Shown: positions 13,681 through 27,775 of the stretch, piece after piece
Layout of the letters: each line of letters starts with the position of its first letter
Position numbering within the stretch: position 1 is the first letter of the stretch
Source: Paragordius varius
Taxonomy: Eukaryota > Animalia > Nematomorpha
Direction of reading: 5' to 3'
DNA length: 64,000 nt
Assembly: GCA_964247055.1 (NCBI GenBank)
Contig: OZ176053.1
Location: 3,038,001 to 3,102,000 of the forward strand
Notes under the pieces: model-generated
The model's input: the letters and a program-made list of their open reading frames with translations, nothing else
Databases searched by the model: none
What the model was told of the DNA's origin: nothing
Position numbers and translations under genes: made by a program

Positions 13681-16600
13681 TGGCGTATTTAACATACGAC
13701 CTTAAAAATCTAATTTGAAAATAGCTCTTAACTAAAATTTTTGCACAAAGCTAATATCATTATTAATAAATCAATTTGGTCTGACAAGCATTCTGTTATA
13801 TAATAATAAGCCCCGTTATCTAATATGATGGCCTATTTGATATTTGTGATCCTTTACCACGATTGATTAATCAACCTCAATATATTATTCCTTAAATTAT
13901 AAATTACTAAAACATTACTAAATTCATATTGCAAAAGATTATTTAAAGTAAGTATACACTAGGATGCGGCCTTAACCATGTTTAATTTAAAGGATGGCTA
14001 CTAAATTTTAAACATTACTTTAAGCTATCAAAGATTGCTTCAAAGTTACGTTATTATTTTATGATGGCATATTTTTCAGACGTGGAGGCCAAAACAAGAG
14101 CAGTAGAGCGTTAATAACCTTAACCTAATGTTAGAAATAATTAACACCATTTTACAACTTTGGTTTCATAAGTGTTCCAAAATTGAATTGTAACGCATTT
14201 TACAGAGTGTAGATATCTCATAGCCGCTAATTTAAAAAACTCCGGACTATTGCCCTTATACCAGGGGTGCCTAAAATCATGATTGATATTACATGGTCTT
14301 ATAGCGGATCCGAAAAGTTTCGTTAAAGCCACGTTATCTTCAGAGGCGGCATAGCTTGCATTTCTAGCGCCTGGTGTATGAATCCGGGATGGCGCCCCTT
14401 CCCCCCTCCCTTACCCTTGCAACTTTGCATTTTAAACCGTGGTTATTACCACTCATAAATGGATGATTTTTTATCTATTATTTAAAAAAATAGCTTTAAA
14501 TACCTATTTTTATGAAATAAAATTTAAATTTTTCTAAATAGGGCTCACCTTTAACTATGGCGCCCGGTGCAGTGCATCAGCCTCCCTTTCCACCCCCTAG
14601 CTACGCTTCTGGTTATCTTCTTATGGTGATGTATTTTTTAGGGTAGCATAACTGGCAGCTTATTTTATAAACACGCGAATCGTCAAATTTTTTTCCATAA
14701 TATGGGAAACAGCTAAGCTCTTCATGCTTTATGGTCTCAAAGGGTGGAATTTTACTTAGCCACTATTTAAAATTAAAAGTGATGGGCTTGTTTTTTTCTT
14801 TTATTCTGAAAATTATTGTTACGTTTTTTCGGTAACAATTGGTTATTTTATTTCTACTTTTATTTAGATAATACCATTCAACTCAGAAAATTTTACATGT
14901 CACCAATACACCAAAGCTTTTAATGCCAACTATACATTTACCTTAACATATATGATCAAAGTTGAAGCTTTGGATAACACCTTATATACTAATATTTCCA
15001 CAGGTTCGTTTTTAAAATATAAAATTCAATCATATATATATTTAATTTAGAATTGTTTTATAAATTCTGTTTTGCATAAAGGGTATATATTCATATTTTA
15101 TTATAATTTTAAGCATATAAGAGCAACAGTTTTTGTATAGTTAAATATAAAATACGCTTTATACGTTGAAAAGCTGTTTTTAAGAACAACTCTTCTTTTA
15201 AAAAATTATAAAAATATATAACTTTTCGCAAATATTAATACAAGAAATATAACTCTTTAATTGTTTAATGTAAAAGTTTTTATTCTATCTAATACTATAA
15301 TTTCCACAAATATGAAAGAAATTTTTTAAGATGGGCTCAGCATAACTTAATACCTATTAATATAATTTCTAATTATGTTTTAGCTTTCCAACAAATAAAT
15401 TTCGTCGATTATACATCATTATACAATGATTGGTGCAAAATGGACAATTTGTCAGGAATCGTTTCACAGTTGCTCATCGATAACCTTTATAAGGCCAAGT
15501 ATTAATTTTTCACCTATTACGATAAGATTTTATAGCATGCATTCATTTTATAAGTTATTTTTAAATTATTTGCAACTTAAATTTGATTTTCGAGTTATAA
15601 TGTGATCTTTTAAATACATTTTTCAGCAAATTTACTCTTTTTGGCTACTTTCATTTGTTTTTTCTATATATAAATCCCTACCTTAAAATTTGTCCCAATT
15701 TAAGACTCAGTTAATCACACTTTTAAAATTTCCCTGTTTTCAGTTTGTTTAAAAATATGTTAAATAATTTTATTTTTAATAGTATATTTTTAAATTTATT
15801 TATTAGATATAAAATTAATATACCATTGCACTTCAAGAGTTTCCTTGAGCACTTCAAGTTGGTCCTAACAAGTTCGTCTTAAAACCATGTTGGTCATTAA
15901 TACCTAATTTTTGCATGTATATTTTCATTTTATTATTTTTTAACCTGGTTTTATTTATTATATATTTTTTTATTTAAAATAAATTATTTATTGAAAAACC
16001 ACTTTTTTTCAAACAAGTTTTTCAAATTTCACAATAACTTATAAATGTTTTATATACGGTTTTTGAATGATTATAAATTGAAAATTAAAAGTCTATGTTA
16101 ACCAACTTCAAGTGTTCAAGGCTTGAAGTTAAAACGGTATATGAACTACTATTATTACATATTTTAACTTAAACTATTTGTGGTACTTAAAATAAAAGGC
16201 ATTTTTTAATTTTTGCATAAAAAATGTGAATTATTATATAATTTTATAAATTTAGTTCAAGAAGAGTTTAAGCCATAAATTAATATTTTTCGCCAAATTT
16301 TAAGGCACCAAATCCCAGATTATGCAGAACTTATGGTAAGAAAAAACACGAGAATAAATTTTACCTAAATATATACAGTAAAAATTTTTATACGGAAAAC
16401 GTTAAATTAAAAAGACAAATACTTTTTTTCTTAAAGACAATCATTCTTTTAAATCTTGATTTATTAAAATAAAACTAATTGTTTTTAAAAAGTAATGTAT
16501 ATTGATAACATAGCCAATTATATATTTTGCAAAGTAAATGATTAAAAGAAAAATTAAGGTTTTGAAAAAAGTATAGTTGTCTTTTTTAAAATTTGTCGTT

Positions 16601-18365
16601 ATGTTTTTAGGTTATCCTCGTATATTTTCAATTTTTACTCTAATGTAATAATTTTTTAATAATTTTTATTCATGCTGAGGAGTAAATTAATTCGCATTTA
16701 GTGTGATTAGTATCATTGTATTACACTTTTAAAGTATTAGTGTAATTAAGTTGCTACGCCTTAAATAGTTATTAAATATTTGTATACCTAAAATGTATAA
16801 CAAAACCTAAATATTTATCCCAGACACTTACCAAATGAGTAGTAACCTCCGAAATAAGTCAAATAATAGCGCATAAATGTACCACAGAGTGTTGCAAAAA
16901 ACTTAGTTATATATTATATATATGCATATGCCTTTATTCAAGCAGTGTTCATGTGTTAATATATTATTTATATGCAGGCCGTCGGATTTTTAAAGCCAAA
17001 AATGCGGTCCCCAAAGCTATTTCTATAGGGCACCCCTGCTTTAATGAGTTAATCTAAATCTTTTTAGGCAATACTATTGTATTGAATCATATACATTGAT
17101 ATAATTAGGAATGTCAAAATATCAAAGCAAAATAACCATATTTATGGATTCGTTAAAATGAACCTTACCCAAAATCAGCCACATATTATGTCATATACTC
17201 CCAACGAAGATTTGTTTAAATCGTTATTAAAAATGGATAATTTCCAATATTATTGGTTACATGTAAGTTTTATCATATTACAAATTGTATCATATAATAT
17301 ATATATATGGTAAAAAATTAATTACCCCCAACATTTATTATAACCATAATTTTTTAATTACTGTTTCATACCTCAAAATTTGAAAATACACTAAATATTA
17401 TTGCAATTAAAAAAATTCATGCCTCAGAACATCATGGTATTACTATTGATCATAACGTTTATAACCTTTACAAACTTATTAATGTAAAAAGGGATATTTT
17501 ATTACTTTATAAATTATTGGAAATTGTCAGGACGGTAAAGTCGATAAGAGCGTCTATCACGAATATATTTGATAAGTAAACAGGACTACTTTAATGTCCA
17601 CGTTTAAGCGGTTTATTTATATGATTTTATAATTGTATAATTGGGCTCAAAATTTAAATACCTATTTGAACTAACACATTGATTTCCTTGTGCCTCAACA
17701 TCTCAAATATTTGTTATAGAGTCGCTATGTGTTGAAATTCAACAAGGAATTACGGTTAAACATTTGTTATATTACCGACGATGATTTTCTGAAAGAAATT
17801 TGTGAAGAACGTACGTTTGGAAATCCACGGGTATTTATTTATGAGAAATATACCTTTTAGTTTAATACCCCACAGCGATTTAAATAAAAATAATGTTAAG
17901 TTTCGATAATGCTGTGCAACTTTAAAAAAAATGCATTCTATAGCCTTTTGTTTAATGTTAATCTAATCTAACCATTCGTTAAATATTTTTCCGTTTTAGT
18001 TGAATTGCTAAAAAACTGGCAAATATATTTTGGTTGAAAAATAGAATAATTGTAACAACCTTGGATGTAATAGCAGAATTATTCAATTCAAATATAAAAT
18101 GTAATTTATTTAATAGTACCGGTTGGATTTATTTAAATTTTAGACTATAAAACGTGAAAAATCGCTGTTATATATATATATATATTATAAATAGGGCAAG
18201 AATTCGATTGAAGTTGACGTGGTAGACCATTTAATTTCACTGCCTGATGTTAAATATTATTTTCGAAACAAATTTCTTCTAAATATGACAACAACAAATG
18301 ATAAACTGATTTTGGAAACTCTCAATGAAAATAATTATGTGTCATTTACTGTATCGACATGTTAA
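10698..18365 (+). CDS. Gene A: putative secreted protein of unknown family, 260 aa, 6 exons
   Basis: Exons 10698-10755, 13095-13243, 14868-15003, 15384-15498, 17109-17262, 18195-18365 (783 nt, all GT-AG, phases 1/0/1/2/0). Hydrophobic N-terminus MNSYLTLILSYIILLHLMK; ends ...NNYVSFTVSTC*. Exons 2-6 match gene B with conserved boundaries and synonymous changes (exon 2: 39/49 aa identical). Confidence 0.85.
11200..13053 (-). mobile_element. hAT (Buster/SPIN-like) internal-deletion derivative in gene A intron 1
   Basis: TIRs cagtgttactca / tgagtatcactg; perfect 8-bp TSD ttttagag (11192-11199, 13054-13061). Minus-strand transposase remnants YTAVRWLSLTKVLNRFF and VFPSTYTCEAAY*RMKYVKNTYRNRLTDD (hAT dimerisation region). 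Confidence 0.9.
13646..13678. repeat. (TA)n microsatellite (others at about 27740-27770, 43903-43930, 44966-44990)
   Basis: Seen directly as uninterrupted TA runs. Confidence 0.9.
14341..14611. mobile_element. hAT-type MITE (271 bp) in gene A intron 2
   Basis: TIR cagaggcg / cgcttctg; perfect 8-bp TSD gttatctt (14333-14340, 14612-14619). Confidence 0.85.
15821..16139. mobile_element. MITE/foldback family 1 copy in gene A intron 4
   Basis: Starts TACCATTGCACTTCAAGAG; degenerate right end cttgaagttaaaacggta; TA flanks. Confidence 0.75.
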
Positions 18366-18615
18366 CTATACATCAATTCATCTAAGATTATAACATAATT
18401 TAATAGCTTATAAACAATAGCAAATATTTTATTGTTACTTATTTAATTAGTGATGTGATACGAATTGATTATGCTAAATAAATTAAATTGATAAATTGTT
18501 TGAGTGATATCTTTTAGCATCATTGCCGAATATACCACACAATATTTTAAACAGAAATATCTCTAAAAACTTACTCCGCTTCTCTTTCCAAAATTTTGAC
18601 CATTTTAATTCCGGG

Positions 18616-20343
18616 CAGTGGCGCACAGAGGGGGGGCAGTGGGGTGCATCATGCCCCGGCGCCGTTATTTAGGGTCGCCTAAATGATTTACTTTAATTAC
18701 ATTTTTTATGCAAAAATAATAACAATTCCAAGTAAGATTTTTCAATTAACGTAATAATCCTTAAATAATTAAATTATATAAATGAGATCAAGGGCAAACT
18801 TTATGCTAAAAACAAATTTCATGTAGGTATTCCCTTTAACATGTTCCAACTTATTTTTTCGCTTAAAACACGTTTCTTTATCAAGCACATATTGTTAATT
18901 CTTGTATTGCCTTTAATTAAATTATTTTAACTTCTTTCTCTGTTTAAAATCTTATATCTTATTCTTATAATTTAATATTGCATTTTTATTTTAGTCATAT
19001 TCAATTTCAAAACACAATTTTATTTATTTAAATCCCCAAGATCATTCCATCTCTAACAAGGTAGATTTTTTATTATTAACACTTGGATACAACACATTCA
19101 TTTCAGTCTTTCGATTCAAATTGGGGTATTGATACCCCAGGCCTGTTTATAAATAATTAAAAAAATATGAAATGTATTGAAACCATGGCAAAAATTTGAA
19201 TATTTATAACATTATTGAACCGAAATATAAAAATTTCATTCAAAAATACTTGATATTACTAATTTTTAGGTAAAACATCATGGTTTTAGTCAACATGACA
19301 TGTGAGCATTAGCCAAATTCAAAATTAATACAAAAGAAACCATTTTTCTGTTTCTATCAATGTTAGATGTGATTTAAATGAAAAATTTACTTCTATTTAG
19401 CTTTTATTAAATTAACACGATATTTTCCAAAAATGTTGTGATTTAAAAATGGCATCGAAATAGATATGGAAATTTTTTTTCAACCAAATTTTATTTGGAT
19501 ATTTCGGCTTATTTATATAATTTTGATTAGGATAGAAGAAATTTATTTAAATTGGGACCGTTTCTTTCAGTAGTTTTTAAAAAAATTTTTTTATTTATTT
19601 ATAGGCTGGAGTATTTAGATACCCCAATTCGAATCGAAGTGTTAATACAGACTTGTATTTTTATAATTATCTTCATTTTCATCAGATATCAATGCCTAAA
19701 CTCAGCGGTTACGCAAAAAGGATACGAGAAATCCAGAAAATAAAATAAGAATGAGTATGAAATCTTATTCAAATATCTGACCATAAAATTGAAAAAAAAT
19801 GTATGCAACACAAACATAACGGTACCCCTTAATAATAATAACTTAAATACACCTGAAACCCTAGTTATTGCTCCAATAAATAGAAATGAGAAAACCACTA
19901 ATATAACATTAGTAATTCCAAGCGCTAAATATATAAAGTTTAAGCACAGAAATGATTATTCGTGGATCTCAAGGATTTAAATTTAAATGCAATCTCTTTA
20001 CAAAAAATCACCGTTTCGACGTGTCGGTCAAAAAGAAGGATTTGAAGTTGAGAGGTCTTGGTTTTTATATTCACCAAAAACAGATATGCGTATTGTTTTT
20101 GTTGCCTACTTTTTGGATGATCTAATTCTTAACCATCATCTTTTATAACTACGCATAGTTTTAATAAATGGAGGAAAAAGATAAACTAATCTATCATGAA
20201 AATAGCCTCAATCATCGCAAAGCATTTAGTACTTGGAAAGAGGCAGAAAGAAGATTGCTAAAATTGGCTTTCAAAAAAAGGAAGGGGGAGGGGGCGCCAT
20301 AACAGTTTTATGTCCGGGGCGCCGCAAATGCTTTAAGCCACTG
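18616..20343 (+). mobile_element. hAT deletion derivative with an N-terminal zinc-finger transposase remnant
   Basis: TIR cagtggc / gccactg; TSD attccggg / attccggt (7 of 8). Remnants MPKLSGYAKR, ERSWFLYSPKTD, frameshifted YCFCCLLF and HRKAFSTWKEAERRL resemble the TTF-type zinc-finger region of hAT transposases. Confidence 0.8.
19108..19639. mobile_element. TIR MITE nested in the 18616-20343 element
   Basis: Ends cttcgattcaaattggggtat / ataccccaattcgaatcgaag; an inverted sister copy lies at about 21171-21697. Confidence 0.75.
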
Positions 20344-21170
20344 ATTCCGGTCACAACTATCGATGTTTTCATATTTTTCAGCCGGTTTTAAGCACATAAA
20401 ACAAATTTTCTTGATTTTTTATCAAGCGTAAACATTCTTTTATTGTTTTATTTCGCAGTAAAGAAACTTGAAACAAAACCATCATGAAGATACTAATATT
20501 TCATAAAGATTTCATATTCTCATTAATCTTTGACGATTCTACTTATTGCGTACTGATGTATTTATTTTAAAAATCATTGCTTAATTATGAATATCAATAT
20601 ATTTAACAAACATAAAATATATTTGTTATAAATTTAAATGTTCGATTTGGATTTGTGTAACAGGTATAAATACAAACACGTGCTGATTTTAATTATATGC
20701 GAATTGGATTATTATGGAAAAATCTTTTAAACATTTTCTAACCTTTTATGATTTATTTGATAATATTTTATATACTCCCATTTTATTATTAGCTAACTTC
20801 AACAAACGTTATATTTTTTAAGAAGGAGATTGTAGTTATTGTGCAAACTAATTTCCGATTATTCATTCGTGACATTATAACTTGTGAAATGTAACAATTT
20901 AGTTTTCTATGAAATATTACATTACACATTAAAAATTACAAAACTTTTTTACCATTTTTTTAAAAACGTTTTTTTAATGGTAAAGTCCGTACTTTAGCGA
21001 TATGCCATCATTCTTTGTATGAGTCATTTCCTGAAGAATTGTTTTTAATAAAAAACCATTTTATTTAATTTTTGTAGATTGTATTATTACAATGTCTATG
21101 TATAAATCCTTATGGCATGTATATCTTGGGCGATTCGCTTAATTTTCAGAAATTATTTGCCCTCATATCA

Positions 21171-21697
21171 CTTCGATTCAAATTGGGGTATCTAACTACC
21201 CTAGACTATATTTAAGTTGATATTAAAAAATTACTGAAAAAAACGGTCTCAATTAAAATTTATTCTATCCTAATAAAAATATATAAAGCCGAAATATCTA
21301 AATAAAATTTAATTTTGAAAAAAAGTTCCATATCAATCTAGTTGGACGCCATTTTGATTTTGCAACATCTTTGAAAAATATCGTGTTAATTTAATTTTTA
21401 AAGCCAAGATTAAAGCTAATTTTTGTTTAAATCACATCTAACATAGATAGAAACATAAAAAATGGTTTATTTTGTATTAGTTTTAAATTTAGCTAATACA
21501 CACATGTCATGTTTACCAAATTTTTACCTTGCGGTTTTACCTTAAAATAAGTAATATCGAGTTTTGATGGAACTTATTTATATATTTTGGAATGTTTAAT
21601 TGCAAATTTTTGCCATGGTTTTTTATTCCATATTTTTTGAATTATTTAATTTTAAACAGGCCTGAATATTCAACTACACCAATTTGAATTGAAGGAC
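21171..21697. mobile_element. Second copy of the 19108-19639 MITE, inverted
   Basis: Same termini, and the internal sequence is the reverse complement of 19108-19639. Confidence 0.75.
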
Positions 21698-22881
21698 TGA
21701 AATGAATGTGTTGTATCCAAGTGATATATATGTGGTTTTTGTCCCGTTGGCAAAATATATAGCAAATATGGATAAAACCATATGTTTTTGTAAATTCGAA
21801 TATAAAAATTAACAAATTTTATATAAAATATCTCGTAATATATATATATATATATAGACATTATTTTATACTTGTAAATTATTTATATTTAATTGAATAT
21901 TGAGTAGGTGCTTACATTATTTGAGCTTTCTCCATTTTTATATAAATGTTTTTATCCATACCGAAATGGCATTCAAATTCATAACAAATATACTCTATAT
22001 TTGATAATAATATATAGTATTGATTTTTAAAAATACATCATTGGGCAATAACAAGGGTCGTAAAAATTTGTGAAATCAGTTTTTTAGGTTTAAAATTAGG
22101 AGCCACATCGTTATTTTATTCTCAATAGTCTTTTTTATTAAATACAAAACTTAACTACTATTATACAGCTTATAATCTTATATAAAAATTATATTTATGT
22201 ATTAATATTCAGGATAAAATTTTCATTTATCCCGGGCTTTGAACCTTCCAAAAATATGAAATCTTAAACGGTAAGAATTAGGGTGGTTCTTAAAATTTTG
22301 ATACCGGGTTGGTTTTTCCAGTTAGAGATGGTTCCGATTCCATTTAAAGCCTTGTAATTCATAATAAAAGCTCTTTGAACGTATCTATATCATTAATAAA
22401 TTTTACGTCATCTTATAAAGCGTTTTAATACTAAAAAAATCAGCTTTTATGTAATGAGAAAAAATATTTTTCTAAACCACACGCTTTTTAACTGTGTTTA
22501 GATGATAAAAAATTTTTTGAACAAGTTGGCGCTGTCAATAATATTTTTGAACGTATATATCCATAAAAAATTTTGGAGTGATATCTGATTAGGAATTTCG
22601 ATTTTACCATAAAAATTGAAAATATTTGTCATTTTTAAAGTTTATGAAATTTTTATTCGCCCAATATATGATGTGGTATAAGTACCATAAATAGTTATTA
22701 GAAAGTAACACACACCTTGGTTAAAATATTGGGATTTATTTATTAATTTAATTTATTTTGTATAATGTTTCGAATCACAATGCTTCGTTTGAAAATATAA
22801 TGTAACAAATAAAACACTTGCTGTTGTCACATGTTTAAATATGGTTGAAAATATAAATAATTTAGATGTTTTGATACATCT

Positions 22882-25800
22882 TTAACATGTCGATACAATG
22901 AATGATACATAATTATTTTCATAGAGAGTTTCTAAAACCAGATTTTCGTTTGTCGTTGTCATATTTAGTAAGAATTTGTCTTGATATTTAATATCGGGCA
23001 ATGATATTAAATGATCTAATACGTTAAGTCGAATCGAATTCTCTTCCTATTTATAATATACATATAATACTTTATACATATCTGTATTTATATATTTTTT
23101 TGAAACAGACAACCATACTTTTTAAAACTAGATATTTCCATAGAGCAGTAGTACCTAACCTTTTTTGTTCACGCCACACCTAATCTTACCATTATTTTCT
23201 AACCGTAATACCGGTGACAATTGATAATTCGCACCTAAATTCTTCAATATTTTACTAGTTTTATTTAATTAAATTCTCCAAATTTTTGCGCCTTCCTTAG
23301 TTTTTTCTACGCCCCCCTTTTGGGCACCACTGCCATCATGTATTCTTTGCTAGATAGTGATTTGACACAAATTCCAAAAGGTTACGGATAAAGGTTTGAG
23401 AATAGGATTATAAACTATTTTTTAATTTTTAAAAGAAAAGGCTAAAAGGTCTTATACATATAATGTAACCTAATAGTATGAAATTTAAGTTGATCAATAG
23501 AAATCTCTAAGGTGTATACCCTAGTTAATAAATACCTTTGCATTTCCATAAGTACGTTCTTCACAAGTTTCTTTTAGAAAATCATCATCAGTAAAATAAC
23601 AAATATTTAACCGTAATTCTCGATTGAATTTCAAAACATATCGACCCTATAATATATTAATATGTATAGTTTTTTTAACCTGCTTGCAGAAAAGGTTAAG
23701 AGAAAGTTACGCGTTAAAAATCAAGCTAATTTTATCACATTATAAAATTGTAACAATTAATGTTTGATATAAAATTCAATATAAGCCCTTTTAAATTCGG
23801 AGTGTTACTGTCATAAAAATTTCAGTTATTATTGAACTACGCATTTAAAAAACTTCTATTACATCCAATTGGCTGATTACCGTCGAAACTTGATATTTTA
23901 TTAATGATTAGATTCATAACATCGATGAAGCTTTGTAAGAAAAAAATTTAATAAATTTTTTTCATGAGATAGCTTATGACCAGCTTATTCATTTGCCGTA
24001 AAATTTTTTATTTGTTTACGACCTAGTTTTTGATATATTGAGAGAAAATTAAAATCGGGCAAAACTTAAAAGTAAGGTTATTAAGGATAATTCAAAAAAT
24101 AAGGATGAAAGTTGACATATTATGGTTTTTAGGAGATATTTTCAATAAAATGGCCTAAAATCATATAAATAGGGTTTCTATAAAATCTCAGTTCAAAAGA
24201 TGGCGTTTTTCACACACTTAAAAGTCAAAAAAGTTTTATGAAACTATATTAAAATATTTTTTTTATTATTTACAAGCTAAACTCACTATTAAATTCTTAA
24301 CATTCATATTATATTCAGTAAAAAATTCTATATAAATATGCAAAAAATATTGTTTTTTATATTTTCATTTACAGGTTTATACTGTATAATTTTTTAAAAA
24401 TAGGATTTAAAAGTAGCGAAATATCAACCAATCCGTCCAAATCCCTGTAACATGTTTGTTTTAACAGAAATTAACAGTTTTACTGGGATATGTACGGATA
24501 TTTGGTTGATTTTCCTATACTATTGATTCTTATTTTGTATGAATTATATACTTTATAACTCCCACTCATGTAAGATTCCAAAATAAACAGTATAAATTTT
24601 TTAACAACTATAAACCAGATGACAAAAAAATGAAATAATAAAAAACAGCATTTTTTAGTTTATTTTTGATATAGATGTTTTTTTTACTAAATAAAATATA
24701 ATTGTTAAGATTATAGTGAGTTTGTAAATAATTAATGAAAATTATTTTAATTTAGTTTCATAATTTTTTTTTGACTTTTAAGTGTCGTGAAAGAAAACGC
24801 CATCTTTTGTACTGAGATTTTGCAGACACCCTATTTATATGATTTAGGTTATTTATATATAGAAAATGTCTCCTAAAATGATAATCAATAATAATATCTC
24901 AACTTTTATCATTATTTTTTGAATTATCCTTCATTTTCACTTTTTACCCGATTTCGATTTCCTCTTAATATTTCGAAAACTAGGTCGTCGACAAATTAAA
25001 AGTTTTGCGGCAAATAAATGGTCATAAGCTATCTCATAAAAAAAAGTTTTTTTGTGAAAAAAATTAACCCTATTTTTTACACACATATATAAATGTTTCT
25101 AATATGAAATTGCCATATGTTTATATGTATTTCCATTTAGTTAAAATACGAAAACAGCATTCAAATTATAAGTAAAATAAAAAGGTTTACGATAAATTAT
25201 TATTTATTTTCCATATAAGCTAAAATCCAGTATACACTTTAAAAATATTTACCTCTAACCGATAATCTTGAATATTATCGTATGTTAAAACGGCTTTAAA
25301 CAAATCTTCGTTGGGAGCATATGACAAAAGATGTGGCTGATTATTGGTAAGGTTCATTTTAACCATTCCATAAATAAGATTATTTGGTCTTGATACTTTG
25401 ACATGCCTAGGTTAATTAATATATAAAATTTGTGATAAAAAATGCAATTCGCTCAGGTTTTTTGCAATGTTTTGTAGAATAAGTTTTTAACTCTATTAAA
25501 TGTGATAATTATAATTTAACTTTTAAAGAGTATGGGAATTTCATACTAATTCCAACCAATATCGCATTATATTAAAACATTTTTGAATAATAATTTTTTT
25601 TTAAATAAGTTTTTTAAAATGTATCTTAATATCAAAGCATTCTCCCATATATTTCAAAAAAGTTGGAAAAAATCTTGTACATGGTCAAGAGGGCGCAACA
25701 TGCCACATATTTGGAAATATCGCCCCTTCTAAGAAAGTATTTTGAAATGAATTATCTTTTTAATAATTAAAAAAATGTAGAATGCTTATCAAGTAACTAA

Positions 25801-27736
25801 AAAAATTGGTGCCTATTGAAGTTTTTTGAATTATTAACCCAAATTTAGGCAATCTTTTTTATTTTTTTTCATGAAATGTGCGATTTTTGATATTGAACAA
25901 AAGTTATTAAATTAGCATATTCATATAATGGGACAGAAAAAGAAAGAATAAAATAACATGCACAGGGATGGTAGAGGACATTTTAAATTATGTTAACACT
26001 TCATGACTGTTTCATTTTTTGTTTCGCGATGACATATTGGCGTAGATTTATATCTAGCTCAATACTATAAATAAACCATTGTTTCAAAGTTACTTTAGTT
26101 AAAATTTAATTGTCAAACAATATTCTCCTGTATTATATAAAAAATAAGTTTTTTACACTTTTGTAACTTCTAAAGTGGTATCGAACCCAGATAGCTTCGG
26201 AGCCCGCATTTTATCTATAAAACTAGCGTGCGGCACTTAAAAATTATATCTGCATTTATAAATATTTATTAAATTTTATATAAAAATCTCTACAAATAAA
26301 TTAACATTTCTCGAGTTCTTGCCAATATAATGGACTTCTTTAGATAAATTGTTTAGAAAACATCCATTTACTAAGATTTTTTGGGCATATTTTTACAAAA
26401 AATAATTCTATTTCGCGGGTGGCAAGTTAGATACTCCTGTTATAGTATCCAAAATTAGGGGAGCTCCATACACGACCGAAATAAACATCTGATTTTAAAA
26501 TCAAACAATAAGTTTTTGCTGGTAAAATGTAACCTTAAAACTTAGTAAAGTTGTTACATTTTCTAACCATAACATAAATTTATTAGCCTATGGAATTTAA
26601 AAAAATAAAGAAAAAAATGGCGGCGAAAAGTTTGAGATGATTTTTGCAATTTTACATTTTATAAATAATTTTTTTATATAGCAAGCGCCTTAAAAGAAGA
26701 AAGCATTTAAAATTGGCCCAGTGCTAAAAATATTTTATTTATAATTAAATGGCCCTTTGTATAAATTTAACAAGGCCATAAAAGTTAATTCCTTAAAACT
26801 TAAGTGACTATTACTGAGTTATTACAAAACATATGAATAGCGCCAAAATTTGAGTTAAAAATTATGATTAATAATATAAATTAATGTTTATCTGTTACAC
26901 AAAAAAATATGTTTCAAAAAAATTTCATTTCATTGCTGCTAGAAAATAAAGACTCCGGGTTATGACATTTCAAATAAAAAATTGGCCTAATTTTATAAGT
27001 GCATATATACCATTTACAGTTCAAATTCACCCTTGAACAATTCAAATTCACCCTTGAACAATTCAAATTCACCCTAAAAATAAATTATGTGTTTTCGAAC
27101 TAATATAACTCATTATTAATATGAAATATATGTTTATGGAATAGTTTATTATTTTTTCAATATTATTTTAATTTAAAACAAAATTTTTATTTTTGAAAAA
27201 TATATAAAATATAGGTAATTTTTAATCTTAAAAAACATATATTTTATTTGAGGGTGAATTTGAATTGTTCGAGGGTAAATTTGAATTGTTCAAGGGTGAA
27301 TTTGAAGTGTTCAAGGGTGAATTTGAAATGTTTAAGGGTGAAATTGAATTGTAAATGGTATAATATAAAAAATATATATAAATTACACAGGACAACAAAT
27401 TTTGACTTTTTTAAGTGGCATTTTGAAAATGTATAATTTATATCATTAAATTAGATAATAGTGTATCTGAAAAAAATTGTAAAATAGGGGTGTCCAACAC
27501 AAATGGCCATAAGAGCCACATTTTTGAAATCAAAAATCCGAAGCGCCACATTTGAATTAATATATAATGACATAAGTAACAATTTATAATATAAAAATAG
27601 ATAGATGTATTAATTTCATAAAATAAATTCTAAAATAGTGATGAATTGTTTCACAGAAGACAATTTAAACTTACCCCACTTAAATTCCTGCTGAACTGTG
27701 TTTAGCATGCAAGTTTTAAATATTTTAAAAAATATA

Positions 27737-27775
<39 letters not shown>

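Noticed and set aside
16256-16271. Alternative terminal exons for genes A (NSRRV*) and B (27695-27680, NSAGI*)
   Set aside because: The B candidate lies inside a hAT-like repeat also present at 7469-7454, and much better conserved exons 5 and 6 continue both genes in the correct phase.
16305-16335. 31-nt exon-like segment (HQIPDYAELM|gtaag) in gene A intron 4
   Set aside because: Inclusion would break the frame with exon 5, and gene B has no counterpart.
26165-26240. tRNA or tRNA-derived SINE on the minus strand (B-box-like GGTTCGATACC)
   Set aside because: No cloverleaf, no convincing A box and no second copy in the window.
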